Notes: generated by a model not told the origin, from the letters alone. A stretch of 64,000 nt of DNA from Microcoleus sp. (GCA_042408215.1 JAYFMW010000006.1:256001-320000), one strand, 5' to 3'. Counted from the first letter of the stretch, positions 50,076-60,921 are shown. Translations and numbers: made by a program.

Positions 50076-51137
50076 TTACTGATTTTTTCGGCTCACAAGC
50101 AGATAAGTCATCATATCGCCTTTGCCTTTCACCGGAATCACGCCACGATCCTCAAAAACGTACCGATCGCGCAGTCGCTCGTAGGTAGCAACCGTTACCT
50201 GAATGGCACCGGGGACACCTTGAGATTCCATCCGCGAAGCTGTATTAACAGTATCTCCCCACAGATCGTAAGTAAACTTTTTAGTACCGATTACTCCGGC
50301 TTCCACCGGGCCTGTATGAATACCGATGCGGATACTGAGTGGCCGATCGCCCTTAGTCCGCATATTCGCAATTGTCGCTTGAATGTCGAGCGCCATTTCG
50401 GCGATCGCCTCGGCGTGGTTGGTGGTTGGTGTTGGCAAACCACCAACCACCATATAAGCATCGCCGATCGTCTTAATTTTCTCAAGTCCGTAGCGATCGG
50501 CCAACTCGTCAAACTTCGAGAAAATCTGGTTGAGTAACTCCACCAACTGGGCCGGTGACAAATGAGCCGAAAGTTTAGTAAAACCAACCAAATCCGCAAA
50601 CATGACAGTTACGTCAGCGAAACTGTCGGCGATCGTACTTTCCCCCCGTTTCAGGCGTTCGGCGATCGCAAGCGGCAAAATATTCAACAGCAACCGTTCC
50701 GACTTTTCCTGTTCCTGGGCCAACTCCCGTAAATAAGCCTGCTCCTGATCTCGCAGTCGCTTCTTTTCCAGACAAGCACTAATCCGAGCCTTCAACAGCA
50801 CGGGATTAAACGGCTTAGACAGATAATCCTCCGCCCCCAACTCTATGCAGCGGACAATACTATCAATATCGTCCACCGCTGAAATCATAATCACTGGGAT
50901 GTAGCGCAACTTCTCGTCGGCCTTCAGATTTTCCAGCACCTGATAGCCGTTCATTTGGGGCATCATAATGTCGAGGAGAACCAAATCAAACGGCGCAGAG
51001 CGCATCATTTCCAGAGCTTGAAACCCGTCTTCAGCAACACTTACCCTGTGACCTTGACGCTGAAGTCGGCGAGCCAGCAAATCGCGGTTCACCTCATTGT
51101 CGTCAACAACCAGCACGCTGCCCTCGTCACCTTTCAT
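50076..51137 (-). CDS. Response regulator-class III adenylate/guanylate cyclase
   Basis: REC, then LLLNILP, FADLVGFT, KIKTIGDAYM, YDLWGDTVNTASRMES (K/D pair favours ATP). Confidence 0.93.
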   Translation of the reverse strand: MKGDEGSVLVVDDNEVNRDLLARRLQRQGHRVSVAEDGFQALEMMRSAPFDLVLLDIMMPQMNGYQVLENLKADEKLRYIPVIMISAVDDIDSIVRCIELGAEDYLSKPFNPVLLKARISACLEKKRLRDQEQAYLRELAQEQEKSERLLLNILPLAIAERLKRGESTIADSFADVTVMFADLVGFTKLSAHLSPAQLVELLNQIFSKFDELADRYGLEKIKTIGDAYMVVGGLPTPTTNHAEAIAEMALDIQATIANMRTKGDRPLSIRIGIHTGPVEAGVIGTKKFTYDLWGDTVNTASRMESQGVPGAIQVTVATYERLRDRYVFEDRGVIPVKGKGDMMTYLLVSRKNQ

Positions 51138-51508
51138 CTCATTGCCTCTTTCAGCAGCGTTTCAATCTTACCCAAAAGTCGGGGAAACTCCACCGGTTTG
51201 GTGTCGTAGTCGTCGCAGCCGGCCGCCAAACACTTTTCGCGATCGCCAGCCATCGCGTGAGCCGTCAGCGCAATCACTGGAATTGTGCTAGTTTCAGGAG
51301 CAGCCTTAATTTGCTGCGTGGCCTGCCATCCGTCGAGCACCGGCAGACTCATATCCATGAGAATCAAATCCGGTACTTTCGCGATCGCCATCGACACCCC
51401 CTCAGCACCGTCAACAGCAATAAACACTTCGTGTCCCTTGCGAGTCAGACGCCTCGAAAGCATATCCCTGTTCATTTCATTATCTTCGACCAACAGGATT
51501 TTAGCCAT
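51134..51508 (-). CDS. Single-domain response regulator (DivK-like)
   Basis: ILLVEDN, LILMDMSLP, ALTAHAM, YDTKP; overlaps both neighbours. Confidence 0.92.
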   Translation of the reverse strand: MAKILLVEDNEMNRDMLSRRLTRKGHEVFIAVDGAEGVSMAIAKVPDLILMDMSLPVLDGWQATQQIKAAPETSTIPVIALTAHAMAGDREKCLAAGCDDYDTKPVEFPRLLGKIETLLKEAMR

Positions 51509-54500
51509 TGGTTTCCTCCTTGCTTTGCGAGTCGTACCTGCGATCGAGCCTGTGATTGACTAACTCGCGAACATCGCGCAACAAAGTATCGCAACTGTAG
51601 ACTCCCTTTTGTAGCACCCGAGCGACATAACCGTTGAGCTGCTGGCTTTCGGCTGGGGTCAGGTCTTTAGCGGTAGTCACTACAATGGGTATGGGAGCGA
51701 CCGAGTAGGATTTGCGAAGTTCGCCGATCAACTCAAAGCCATCCATTTCTGGGAGCATCAAATCCAGCAGAATCAGGTGTGGCCGGGCAATGTCTAGCTG
51801 CTGGAGAGCAGCCCGTCCGCTGTCAGCTTCCGCCACAGCCCAACCTTGTTTTTCTAGTATGCGTCGCAATATTGTGCGCGTGGCAACGTCGTCTTCCACA
51901 ATTAAGATCTGACGGATCGAACTGTGATTAGCAACGCCATCTCGATCGCGCCGATACTTGCTCAACAAAGAAGCCAGTCGTTTACCGTCCACTGGCTTGG
52001 TGAGGTAGTCCGATGCGCCCATTGCAAAGCCGAGGCTTTTGTTACCGACAAACGATAGCAGAATGACAGGGATCTCAGCAAGGTCAGGATCTGCCTTCAG
52101 AGCCGAGAGCACTGCCCAGCCGTCCATTCCGGGCATAATCACATCCAGGGTAATAGCATCGGGTTGCAGTTGCTTAGCGAGTTTCAGGGCTTGCTCGCCA
52201 CTAGAGGCGACTTCGATGTGCAGTCCTTGACGAGTCAGGGCGCGTTCGATCAAATCCCGCGAGATCGGGTCATCGTCAACCACCAGCACCGTGCCGACAG
52301 CAGGCGCGCCCTCTGGGGAACTACTGGGACGGACTGTGTTTTTTACTTCGGGCTGTTTGATTTCGCTGGGCAGGAGTACGGTGAAAGCGCTGCCGACACC
52401 CAATGTGCTGATCGCCTCAATGCTGCCGCCCATCATCTGGCAGAAGCGCTGGCTAATTGCCAGTCCCAAACCTGTGCCACCGTACTTGCGCGTAGTCGAG
52501 GCGTCTGCTTGGGTGAAAGGTTGGAAAATGCGCTGTAATTGTTCTAGAGTCATGCCGATGCCGGTGTCGGCGACGCGGAAACTTAAGAATTCGGAGTTGG
52601 AAATTAAAATTTGGGAAGATTCCTGTTGATTTTTCATTCTCAATTGTTCATTTTTAATTCTTTCGACTCCGATCGCAATCTTCCCGTTGTGGGTGAACTT
52701 GGCAGCATTGCTGAGTAGGTTCAGCAGCACTTGCCGGACTTTTGTCATGTCGGCGTGCATGGTTTCGAGGTTTTCAGGACAGTGCACTTCCACAGTGTTG
52801 CCGTTTTTCTCGACCAGTGGCCCCGCCGTGGCGACAGCGCTTTCAATCAGAGCAGGGATGTTGAAGGTTTCTAGGTAGAGCTCCATTCGGCCTGCTTCAA
52901 TTTTAGAGATATCTAGGATGTCATCGATTAGAGACAGCAGGTGTTTGCCTGCGGTGCGGATTTTTTCGAGATCCGGGACTGATGCATCGTTGCCGGAGTC
53001 TTCGGCTTCTTCTTGGAGCATTTCGCTGTAGCCGACGATCGCATTCAGGGGTGTACGCAGTTCGTGGCTCATGTTGGCTAGAAATGTGCTTTTTGCCCGG
53101 TTGGCGGATTCCGCTGCTTCTAGGGCTAATTTCATGGCGGATTCTGCAAGTTTTCGATCGGTGATCTCTTCGACAGTGCCTTCGTAGTACAGAATCTTAC
53201 CGCCCTCGTCACAAATGCTGCGGGCGTTTTCGGAAATCCAAATCATGCTGCCGTCTCGGCGGTATACTTGGGATTCAAATTTTGACACTTCGTGGCGATC
53301 GGCCAATTCAGCAATCCACTCGGTGTGGCGGTTGGGGTTAACGTAAAGTTGGCGGTTGATGTCTGTGAGTTCGGCGAGCATTTGGGTACAGGAATCGTAG
53401 CCGTAAATGCGTGCTAGTGAGGGGTTGGCGGTGAGGTAGCGCCCGTCTACGGTGGTCTGGAAGATACCTGGGACTGCGTTTTCAAAGATGCTGCGGTAGC
53501 TGGTTTCGGCTTGCCGCAGGGCCAATTCAGCCCGCTGGCGTTCTAGGGTATTGGCGAGCATTTCTCCGGCCGCCTTTAGCAACCTGGATATTTCTGGCGA
53601 TCGACTTTCTGTCGCATTGAATGACTCTAATCCCAGAATTCCTACTAGGGTTTTATTGCAAATTAGGGGGATTATTATCAGGGTTTGAATACTTTTTTGA
53701 GCCTGGTTTAATTCTGAGTTGTTTGGGGATTTTTGACTCGAATCTATTGAGGCGCTTCGAGTTTTTTTGGCGGTTGATGATTGAGTATTTACTAATAATT
53801 CTGCTGGGTTTTGACCTCGCAGATAGGCTATTTCGGCTAAAGCTTGAGGTTCTAGTTCGCCGATCGCAGAGATGTACAGGCTTTCTGTCCGATCGAGTTT
53901 TTCGGCTAGCATGGGAATTTGTGCGATCGCCAGTCCTTGGAGCTTGTCTCTTAATGGCGTGATGCCACTTTTGCACCACTCGTAGGTATTGTCGATGCAG
54001 GTTTTGTCGGATGATAGCAGGTAGATGTAACTGCTGTCAAAGCCGCTTAAAATGGCGATCGCTTCCAGGGCTTGGTGGATGCCTTTGTCTATTTCTGAGC
54101 CTGACAGACTGAGCAAATGGGTTGACAAACTGGTAATTAACTGCTCGAATTCTACTCGATAATGCAAAGCTTGTTCTACTTTTTGGCGATCGGTAACATC
54201 CAGAAAGCTCCAGACTCTGCCAACTATGTTTGCTCCGACTTTTAAGGGCTGGGAATTTAACTCGAAAATTTGCCCATTTTTTAATTCTAATAAGTCGTTG
54301 ATTTTAGCATCGGTCACGGCCGACACTTTCATCACGTTTTTGAGCAATCCTTGGGGATTTTTTAATTGGCGCAGGGCCAAGGGTAGAGCTGTTTTGGTCG
54401 GTTTTTTGAGAACGCCGATTCTCGATCGGCTCAATTCCCCAGATTCGGACAAACCCCACATCTCCACAACTTTTTGATTATAACTGCATACATTGCCGTT

Positions 54501-54602
54501 TTTGTCAACAGCAATCATGCCAGCATCTGTAGATTCTAACAATGCTTGCAGTAGGTCGAGCGATCGCTCTTGTTCAGTAGCAAACCGCTGTTGTTTTTCC
54601 AT
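51501..54602 (-). CDS. Hybrid histidine kinase: PAS, GAF, PAS, HisKA, HATPase, REC, REC
   Basis: MSHELRTPLN, NAAKF, DTGIG, GGTGLGL and two receiver domains. Confidence 0.93.
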   Translation of the reverse strand: MEKQQRFATEQERSLDLLQALLESTDAGMIAVDKNGNVCSYNQKVVEMWGLSESGELSRSRIGVLKKPTKTALPLALRQLKNPQGLLKNVMKVSAVTDAKINDLLELKNGQIFELNSQPLKVGANIVGRVWSFLDVTDRQKVEQALHYRVEFEQLITSLSTHLLSLSGSEIDKGIHQALEAIAILSGFDSSYIYLLSSDKTCIDNTYEWCKSGITPLRDKLQGLAIAQIPMLAEKLDRTESLYISAIGELEPQALAEIAYLRGQNPAELLVNTQSSTAKKTRSASIDSSQKSPNNSELNQAQKSIQTLIIIPLICNKTLVGILGLESFNATESRSPEISRLLKAAGEMLANTLERQRAELALRQAETSYRSIFENAVPGIFQTTVDGRYLTANPSLARIYGYDSCTQMLAELTDINRQLYVNPNRHTEWIAELADRHEVSKFESQVYRRDGSMIWISENARSICDEGGKILYYEGTVEEITDRKLAESAMKLALEAAESANRAKSTFLANMSHELRTPLNAIVGYSEMLQEEAEDSGNDASVPDLEKIRTAGKHLLSLIDDILDISKIEAGRMELYLETFNIPALIESAVATAGPLVEKNGNTVEVHCPENLETMHADMTKVRQVLLNLLSNAAKFTHNGKIAIGVERIKNEQLRMKNQQESSQILISNSEFLSFRVADTGIGMTLEQLQRIFQPFTQADASTTRKYGGTGLGLAISQRFCQMMGGSIEAISTLGVGSAFTVLLPSEIKQPEVKNTVRPSSSPEGAPAVGTVLVVDDDPISRDLIERALTRQGLHIEVASSGEQALKLAKQLQPDAITLDVIMPGMDGWAVLSALKADPDLAEIPVILLSFVGNKSLGFAMGASDYLTKPVDGKRLASLLSKYRRDRDGVANHSSIRQILIVEDDVATRTILRRILEKQGWAVAEADSGRAALQQLDIARPHLILLDLMLPEMDGFELIGELRKSYSVAPIPIVVTTAKDLTPAESQQLNGYVARVLQKGVYSCDTLLRDVRELVNHRLDRRYDSQSKEETNG

Positions 54603-55203
54603 GTCAAAAAAGACTAAGACTGATAAGTTGCCACCCTCCCAGGCGGGATTGAAAAAATAGGAAACTTCTAAAATCTTACCATCGCCTCGGAAAAATAGGC
54701 GCTCGGAGTTTCTGCAAGGTTGACAAAAGGCGATCGCCTCTTGTCAAGATAGTGAAGTGGCGATCGGCGAATTTTGACTCTTAGTTGCTTGCTGTTGCCG
54801 ATCGCTCGTAAGTTTTTTAAAGATTTTGGATTGACGGCCACGATCATATTTTCCTTCTGTCGAATTGTGCACGCGTATAGCCTGATTGTAGCTTAAAAGT
54901 TTCACTCTCTACGTTGTAGTTGTAACAATCGACACAAGCACTGTTTATCTAAAGGCGGTAAAAACTACGGCTATCACAGAGGATTAAAGAATCAAGGTGA
55001 TAATTTACACTTGCTAGCTACAGTACATCGCCTTACAAGTCGGGTTGACGCTCTGGCACGAAGAAACTTTGCGTCAATCGAGATGTACACATAGAGTGAG
55101 TCTCTGATTTGAAAGTTTAATGGGTATAGAAATAATCTAGAGCGCCGCATCCTAGGATTCAAGCTAACTCAAAGTCTGAAACGGCGTAAATACGTTACTT
55201 GAC

Positions 55204-55340
55204 CAAGAAGTTGGGATACAAGCCCCGTCCTTCTAGGACAGCTTTTCTTGATTTTCTAATATACTCCTTCAAAACATCTGTGCACCGCCAACAGAAACCG
55301 CAAAATAACTAGGACTCCACAATGCCTCTTTGTGGGGCTT
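55204..55340. mobile_element. tnpA: IS200/IS605 left-end remnant with tnpA C-terminal fragment (minus strand)
   Basis: Follows TTGAC; hairpin CCCCGTCCTTCTAGGAC; minus strand encodes LWSPSYFAVSVGGA and, in shifted frames, VLKEYI...NQEK. Confidence 0.75.
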
Positions 55341-55416
55341 CTTATCGATCTAATTTACTGGCATTCTTAACATTTACTCGATCTATTTTATCATAACTAA
55401 AATTTGTCAAAAATAT

Positions 55417-57930
55417 CTAGGGATCAAGCATTTCGGTTAAGATCGAAGTTGCTTTGAAGATAGCTGGCAGCCGAATTGTAAAAGTAGAACCTTTATCCAA
55501 CTCGCTGAGTGCGGTAATATCTCCGCCCATCATTTCGCAGAATTTCTTAGTAATCGTTAATCCCAAACCTGTACCGCCGTACTTCTTAGTAGTTGAAGAA
55601 TCGGCTTGCGTAAACGGATCGAAGATTCTGTCTAACTGTTCGGAACTCATGCCGATACCGGTATCTGCGATCGTAAACAAAATCCAGTCACCAGAGGGAG
55701 ATAAAGGCAAGGGGGGAGACAAGGAAGAAGAGTTTTGTAGTTGCGATCCTGCTTCTGGCAGTCGGGGGGCGGTCTTGGGAATGCCTGCGAATTCTCGGGT
55801 AACGGCGAAAGTAATCACGCCAGAGCAAGTAAACTTAGAGGCATTGCTGAGGAGGTTGAGCAGGGACTGCTGAAGTTTAGTCAAGTCGGTCTGCATCGAG
55901 CCAATATCGTCAGGACATTGTATCTCTAAGATATTGGTATTTTTGTCTGCCATCGGCCTGATCGTGGAGGTCACATCCTCAACCAGATTAAAAATGTTAA
56001 AGGTTTCGACGTGCAGGTTCATGCGGCCTGCTTCAATTTTAGAGAAGTCAAGGATATCCTTAATCAGTGCTAGCAAATGTTGGCCGGCCGTGTTAATTTT
56101 CTTGAGGTCGCCGACGAACTCTTCGGCGCCGAGGTCTTGGGCATCTTCTTGCAGGAGCTCACTATAGCCAATGATGGCGTTGAGGGGTGTACGCAGTTCA
56201 TGGCTCATGTTGGCAAGAAAAATGCTTTTCGAGCGGTTGGCGGCTTCGGCGGCTAATGCGGCCTGGCGGAATTCTTCGGAGCGCTTGTGTTCGGTGATGT
56301 CGCTGGTCATGATTAACACGCACTGAGTGCTGCCGAGGTCGATGAGTTCCACCGACAGCAGCCAGTCGCGGACAACGCCTGCTTTGGTGCGAATTTTGAT
56401 TTCTTGATTGCTGACAGAATTTTGCGCGAGCAAAATCTCGGCGAGTCGCTGTCCGTCTTCAGAATTGACCAACATTCCCAATTCGCTGGCGGTGCGGCCG
56501 ATAAATTCGTGGCGTTCCCAGCCCAAGGAGCGCAAAAAGCTTTCGTTGGCATCGAGAAAGCATCCGTCTGTGAGGGTGCAGATGCTGATGCCGACTGGAG
56601 AAGCGTGAAAGGCTTTGGAAAATCGTTCTTCGGAAGAACGCAGGGCGGCTTCGGCGCGCTTTCTGTCGGTGATGTCTTGGACGGTGCTGGTGATGTAGAT
56701 GGAGTTGACGGCGGCGTGTTCGCAGACTGTGCGGTGGCTGCCGTCGGGGAGTACGAGACGGTAGTCGATGCTGTAAGGTTGTTTATGTAATAAAGCTGCT
56801 TGAATGGATGTCTTGACTAATTCTCTGTCTTCGGGGTGCACATATTCTAAGAAGCCTTCGAGACTGGGTTCAAAAGTTCCCGGCGGCTGTCCGAGAATGC
56901 GGTAAATTTCGTCTGACCATCGCAGTTGCTGGGTTCTGCGGTCTAAGTCCCAGTTGCCTAACTGGGCGATGCGCTGGGCGTTGGCGAGGCTGGCTTCGCT
57001 GGCTCGTAGGGAAATTTCTGCTTGGCGACGTTCGGCTACCGTGGCGGCTAAGACTAGGCCGGTGACGGCGATGACGGCGATGAAGGCTTGCAGGGATAAC
57101 AGGGCTTGGGGGATGCTGCTGGCGTGTTTGAGAAAGGGGCCGCTGCCTCTGGCTATGCCCCAGATGGCGAAGCCTGTGAGGATGAGGTTGGAGAGGGCTG
57201 TGTAGCGCTGACCGAATCGAAAGGCTGCCCAAACTACTAGGGGAAAGGGCAGGTATTCGAGGGGATAGCGGGCGTAGGCGGCGCGGGTGCGGGAGCAGAA
57301 GACGAGCCAACCGACGGCGAGCAGCAGCAGCAGCCAAATGGCGCGTTCGGCAACCTGCTGGCGCTGGGTTTTGGCGGTGGGCAATTCACGCCAAGTCAGC
57401 AGCAGGGGGGCGATGAGCAAAATTCCCATCGCGTCTCCCACCCACCCAGTCGCCCAAATCGTGCCTAAATTGCTCCAGCTAGCTAAGCCTGTTAGGCACT
57501 GGATGATGCTGCCGATGGTGGAGTTGATCAGGGTTGAGCCGAAGGCTGCTAGCCCGACTATTCCTAAAACGTCTTTGAGCCGATCGATCCCTGGGTTGAA
57601 GTTGATGCGTTGCAGCAGGTAAGTTCCCGTCCACGCTTGCAAGGTTCTGGCGCTGGCTGAGATGAATGCAGTGGCTATGTTGGCGGACGGTATGCTCATG
57701 CTGAACAGGAAGCCTCCGATCGCGATGCCGGGCCATAGTTGACGTCCGAACAGCAGCAGGGCGACTTGGGCAATTCCTGCTGCTGGCCACATGGGGGATA
57801 CTTCTGAACTCAGGGTGAGTGTGGAAATGGCGAATTGGGACGCCCAAAAGTAGATCAGGGCGATCGCGCCGACTAATAAAAAGTAACGCCAGGAAGATCC
57901 TTTGATTTTGTTAAGCAACTTGGTCTGCAT
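55417..57930 (-). CDS. Membrane sensor histidine kinase: MASE1, PAS, PAS, HisKA, HATPase
   Basis: WPAAGIA, W.GDAMGILL.AP (MASE1), MSHELRTPLN, NASKF, GGTGLGL. Confidence 0.92.
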   Translation of the reverse strand: MQTKLLNKIKGSSWRYFLLVGAIALIYFWASQFAISTLTLSSEVSPMWPAAGIAQVALLLFGRQLWPGIAIGGFLFSMSIPSANIATAFISASARTLQAWTGTYLLQRINFNPGIDRLKDVLGIVGLAAFGSTLINSTIGSIIQCLTGLASWSNLGTIWATGWVGDAMGILLIAPLLLTWRELPTAKTQRQQVAERAIWLLLLLAVGWLVFCSRTRAAYARYPLEYLPFPLVVWAAFRFGQRYTALSNLILTGFAIWGIARGSGPFLKHASSIPQALLSLQAFIAVIAVTGLVLAATVAERRQAEISLRASEASLANAQRIAQLGNWDLDRRTQQLRWSDEIYRILGQPPGTFEPSLEGFLEYVHPEDRELVKTSIQAALLHKQPYSIDYRLVLPDGSHRTVCEHAAVNSIYITSTVQDITDRKRAEAALRSSEERFSKAFHASPVGISICTLTDGCFLDANESFLRSLGWERHEFIGRTASELGMLVNSEDGQRLAEILLAQNSVSNQEIKIRTKAGVVRDWLLSVELIDLGSTQCVLIMTSDITEHKRSEEFRQAALAAEAANRSKSIFLANMSHELRTPLNAIIGYSELLQEDAQDLGAEEFVGDLKKINTAGQHLLALIKDILDFSKIEAGRMNLHVETFNIFNLVEDVTSTIRPMADKNTNILEIQCPDDIGSMQTDLTKLQQSLLNLLSNASKFTCSGVITFAVTREFAGIPKTAPRLPEAGSQLQNSSSLSPPLPLSPSGDWILFTIADTGIGMSSEQLDRIFDPFTQADSSTTKKYGGTGLGLTITKKFCEMMGGDITALSELDKGSTFTIRLPAIFKATSILTEMLDP

Positions 57931-58442
57931 TGTCGTTTGGGGAAAAGGTAGCCGATTGTTCTGAAATTATTAGGTGGCACGGGACAGGTACGGGGTAGGT
58001 AAAATGATGCTATTAAGTGATTGTAAGTCATAGATCGTAGCTAGGGGGATGACTTCTTTACTGTGCGATCGATTTAAAATTAAGTATCAGGAAGAAGGAA
58101 GAACGAAGAAGGAAGAATGCTCATACAGCAAGCTTTTTAGCCTCCTGTATCTTACGTTTAATTAAGTGGATTTACTTAAAAATTAACGATCGACTAGCGG
58201 GGATGCTATACAACTTAAGTTTATTTATCCCCATATACTGAAAGCAGAAGTCAACAAAAATGGTAGCGGAAGTTAATTTTCCCTCATCTCTCAAGCACTT
58301 GCTTTCTGGCAAATATAGCAACCGCCGGGGTGCCACCGGACGTTATTAATTGCTGAAACGATTGCTGAGACTGCACGTTGACGAATGACGAATGCCTATA
58401 GGTTCTGCCTTCTGAGTTTTGATGCCCTCAAAGAGTGGCAAT

Positions 58443-59783
58443 CTATTTCCCAGATGCTGCTGCGATATCTAATGTTACTGCCAAACGCTCTTGAGCTTCT
58501 TTGAGGGCGGATGAGGGCCGGCCACCGAGAAGGGTTGCTTCTATAGCACGACCTAGGTTTTCTGACAGGTGGGAGTAACCTGAGATAATGGGTCGCGATC
58601 GAGCTGATTTCATTTGTCCTAAAAATACTCGCAAAACTGGGGTTTTTGCCACAAAGTTTTGATAAGTTTGGCTTTGTCTCGATTTGAGGTTAATTGGCAA
58701 ATAACCTGTGCCCAAGGCCCAGGCGGTTTGGAATTCTTCACCGAGGGCGTATTCTAAGAATTCTAGCCCTGCTTTTTCTCGTTCTGGCGAGGTTTTCATT
58801 AAAAATAGGTGTTCACCCCCAACGACGGCTGCGTGGCGTTTGAGAGCTGGTATAGGGATAGCTCCGTAGTCGATTTTAGTTTGCTCCAACTGTGCTAGCG
58901 TCCAAGGCCCGGTGATTTGCATGGCGACTTTGCCGGCGATGAAGTTATCGAGTTCGTAACCCCGTTCCGGTGCTGACAGTATTGCTGAACCTTCTTTTAA
59001 CAAGTCGCTCCACAATTCTAAGGCGGCGAGAGAGCCTGGGTTGTCTATTTGAGGTATGGGAGTTTGAGCTGTCCCTGCTTTGAGTTCACCACCTGCACTA
59101 AACATGAATGGGAGCCAGGTAAATACTGTCCATTCTCCTTTGCCTAGGGGGAGCACTATGCCGTGTTGATCCGTGCGACCGTCTCCGTTGGTGTCACGCG
59201 AAAGCGATCGGGCTACTTGCTTTAATTCTTGCCAATTCTGTGGCAATTCTGTGATTCCTGCTGCTTTAAATAAGCTGGGACGGTAAAATATTGCTGTGTT
59301 GTTTGTTGCTAGGGGAACTGACCAAGTGTGTCCGTCCAGTTCCATTGACTCGAACAGGGCCGGATCGATTTCGGCTTTGATGGGGGATTGATCGAGCCAG
59401 TTTTCTAGTGGTTGAATTGCTTGCAGTTCTGCTAATTTCCCTGCCATTGTGGGAGTATTCCAAAGCAAATCTGGGGCGGCGTTTCCGACAATTGCTGTCA
59501 AGATTTTTGGCAATTGTTGGTCTGGCTGACCGATGTAAAGTGCTTCTAATTGGATATTAGGATGTGTTTTGTTGAATTTTTCTGTGAGGGTTTGAAACAC
59601 ATCTCGGTTGGGTGGGGGATTGATGCCGTGCCACAGTGTGAGGTGAATGATACCGCTCTTTTTGCCAGTGAGTGCGGTGCTGTTTTGACAGCCGCTTAAT
59701 ATGAGCATATTTAAGGTAAGTAAAAGGCAGAAAGCGCGTTTTACTTGCTTTTTAATTGCTGTGGATAATTTGGATAAAATCAT
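58443..59783 (-). CDS. ABC transporter carbohydrate-binding lipoprotein
   Basis: Lipobox LSGC, APDL, FYRPSLFKAAGI..P.NW.EL, F..GKVAM.I.GPW. Confidence 0.88.
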   Translation of the reverse strand: MILSKLSTAIKKQVKRAFCLLLTLNMLILSGCQNSTALTGKKSGIIHLTLWHGINPPPNRDVFQTLTEKFNKTHPNIQLEALYIGQPDQQLPKILTAIVGNAAPDLLWNTPTMAGKLAELQAIQPLENWLDQSPIKAEIDPALFESMELDGHTWSVPLATNNTAIFYRPSLFKAAGITELPQNWQELKQVARSLSRDTNGDGRTDQHGIVLPLGKGEWTVFTWLPFMFSAGGELKAGTAQTPIPQIDNPGSLAALELWSDLLKEGSAILSAPERGYELDNFIAGKVAMQITGPWTLAQLEQTKIDYGAIPIPALKRHAAVVGGEHLFLMKTSPEREKAGLEFLEYALGEEFQTAWALGTGYLPINLKSRQSQTYQNFVAKTPVLRVFLGQMKSARSRPIISGYSHLSENLGRAIEATLLGGRPSSALKEAQERLAVTLDIAAASGK

Positions 59784-59822
59784 TTTTGAGTTGCACCCAG
59801 AGAATCAGATTTTTTAGACAGC

Positions 59823-59965
59823 TTCGGAAGCACAGGCGGGACGCCCGTTTCGGAAGCACAGGCGGGACGCCCGTGCCACAAGAAGCCTCACAGGCGGGAC
59901 GCCCGTTTCGGAAGCACAGGCGGGACGCCCGTGCCACAAGAAGCCTCACAGGCGGGACGTGCCAC
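59823..59965. repeat. Tandem REP-like palindromes CACAGGCGGGACGCCCGT
   Basis: Five copies with two alternating linkers; related palindrome at 36863-36923. Confidence 0.85.
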
Positions 59966-59970
59966 GATAG

Positions 59971-60921
59971 TTAGAGATTGGTAAAACGGGCTGAATCTAA
60001 AAAATCGGCTGGGAGCTGATTTTTTTGTCCTTCTGTGGTATTTTGAAACAAAATCGTGAAGGCTCCTGCTCCTAGTTTATGTTGCGGCCACATCCGATAG
60101 CAAGGAATTTCTGTCAGGTGCGATCGATATTTTTCTAAGTGTGGAACTATGACTGGCTGAAATTGCGGAAATTTGCTTAACAACCATTCACCCACTTGTT
60201 CGTTTTCTGCCGTTGAATAGGTACAAGTCATGTAAGCAAGATAGCCTTGGGGTGCTACAATTTTGGCAGAATTGGCTAAGATTCTTTTTTGGCGACTGGC
60301 GTTGCCGTTAATGGTGACTGGATGAAAGCAGCCCGGTGCTTTGTCTCCTTTTGCTAGTAATGATTGACCTGTACAAGGAGCATCTACTATTACTAGATTA
60401 GCAGTTTCTGGTAGCTTTTCTGCAAGGATTTTTGAATCTAGATTCATTGTAGCCGATCGACTAATCTGGCAGCGTTTTAAGTTAGATAGTAACATTCCAA
60501 TGCGCTTGCCGATGACTTCGTTGCACAAGAGCAATTCTGGGTTTAATGTTTTCCAAGCAAAGATACTTTTTCCTCCTGGGGCGGCGCACATATCTAAGAT
60601 TAGTTCCAGTGGCTGTGTAATTGTTAATAAACTGGAGGCGGCAAAGATTGAGGAAAAGTCTAGACAATAGTAATGTCCTGCTTGATGTAAGGAATGTTTG
60701 CCCGGCTTGGCGTTGAGGGCAAGTCTATCTACAAATTCTGGTTGCCAAAGTGCAACTTGTTCGAGATTAAATGGGTTTTCTGTTGGTTTTGGTTGCAGCC
60801 ACAAGATGGCTGGATTAAATGGTTGGGGATTGGTGACGGCGTGAATAAACTTTTCTTGTTCTGCGCTGTCTGCAAATAAGCTGCGGCTGAGTTTAAGCAG
60901 GAGGTTAGACGGTTTTTCCAT
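59971..60921 (-). CDS. RsmB/RsmF (NOL1/NOP2/Sun) RNA m5C methyltransferase
   Basis: LDMCAAPGGKS, VDAPCTG, YMTCT...ENE. Confidence 0.9.
   Translation of the reverse strand: MEKPSNLLLKLSRSLFADSAEQEKFIHAVTNPQPFNPAILWLQPKPTENPFNLEQVALWQPEFVDRLALNAKPGKHSLHQAGHYYCLDFSSIFAASSLLTITQPLELILDMCAAPGGKSIFAWKTLNPELLLCNEVIGKRIGMLLSNLKRCQISRSATMNLDSKILAEKLPETANLVIVDAPCTGQSLLAKGDKAPGCFHPVTINGNASRQKRILANSAKIVAPQGYLAYMTCTYSTAENEQVGEWLLSKFPQFQPVIVPHLEKYRSHLTEIPCYRMWPQHKLGAGAFTILFQNTTEGQKNQLPADFLDSARFTNL

Noticed and set aside
55023..55036. GTA-N8-TAC NtcA-like box upstream of the hybrid kinase
   Set aside because: About 420 bp from the start, no correctly spaced -10 element, and such 6-base matches are frequent by chance.
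55040..55200. Possible cyclic-dinucleotide riboswitch (hairpin TTGACGC...GCGTCAA, GAATCC)
   Set aside because: Other conserved elements of ydaO or c-di-GMP riboswitches were not found by eye; a covariance search would be needed.
59823..59965. Possible CRISPR array
   Set aside because: Linkers are short and repeat each other; no unique spacers, leader or cas genes. It is a tandem REP-like repeat.
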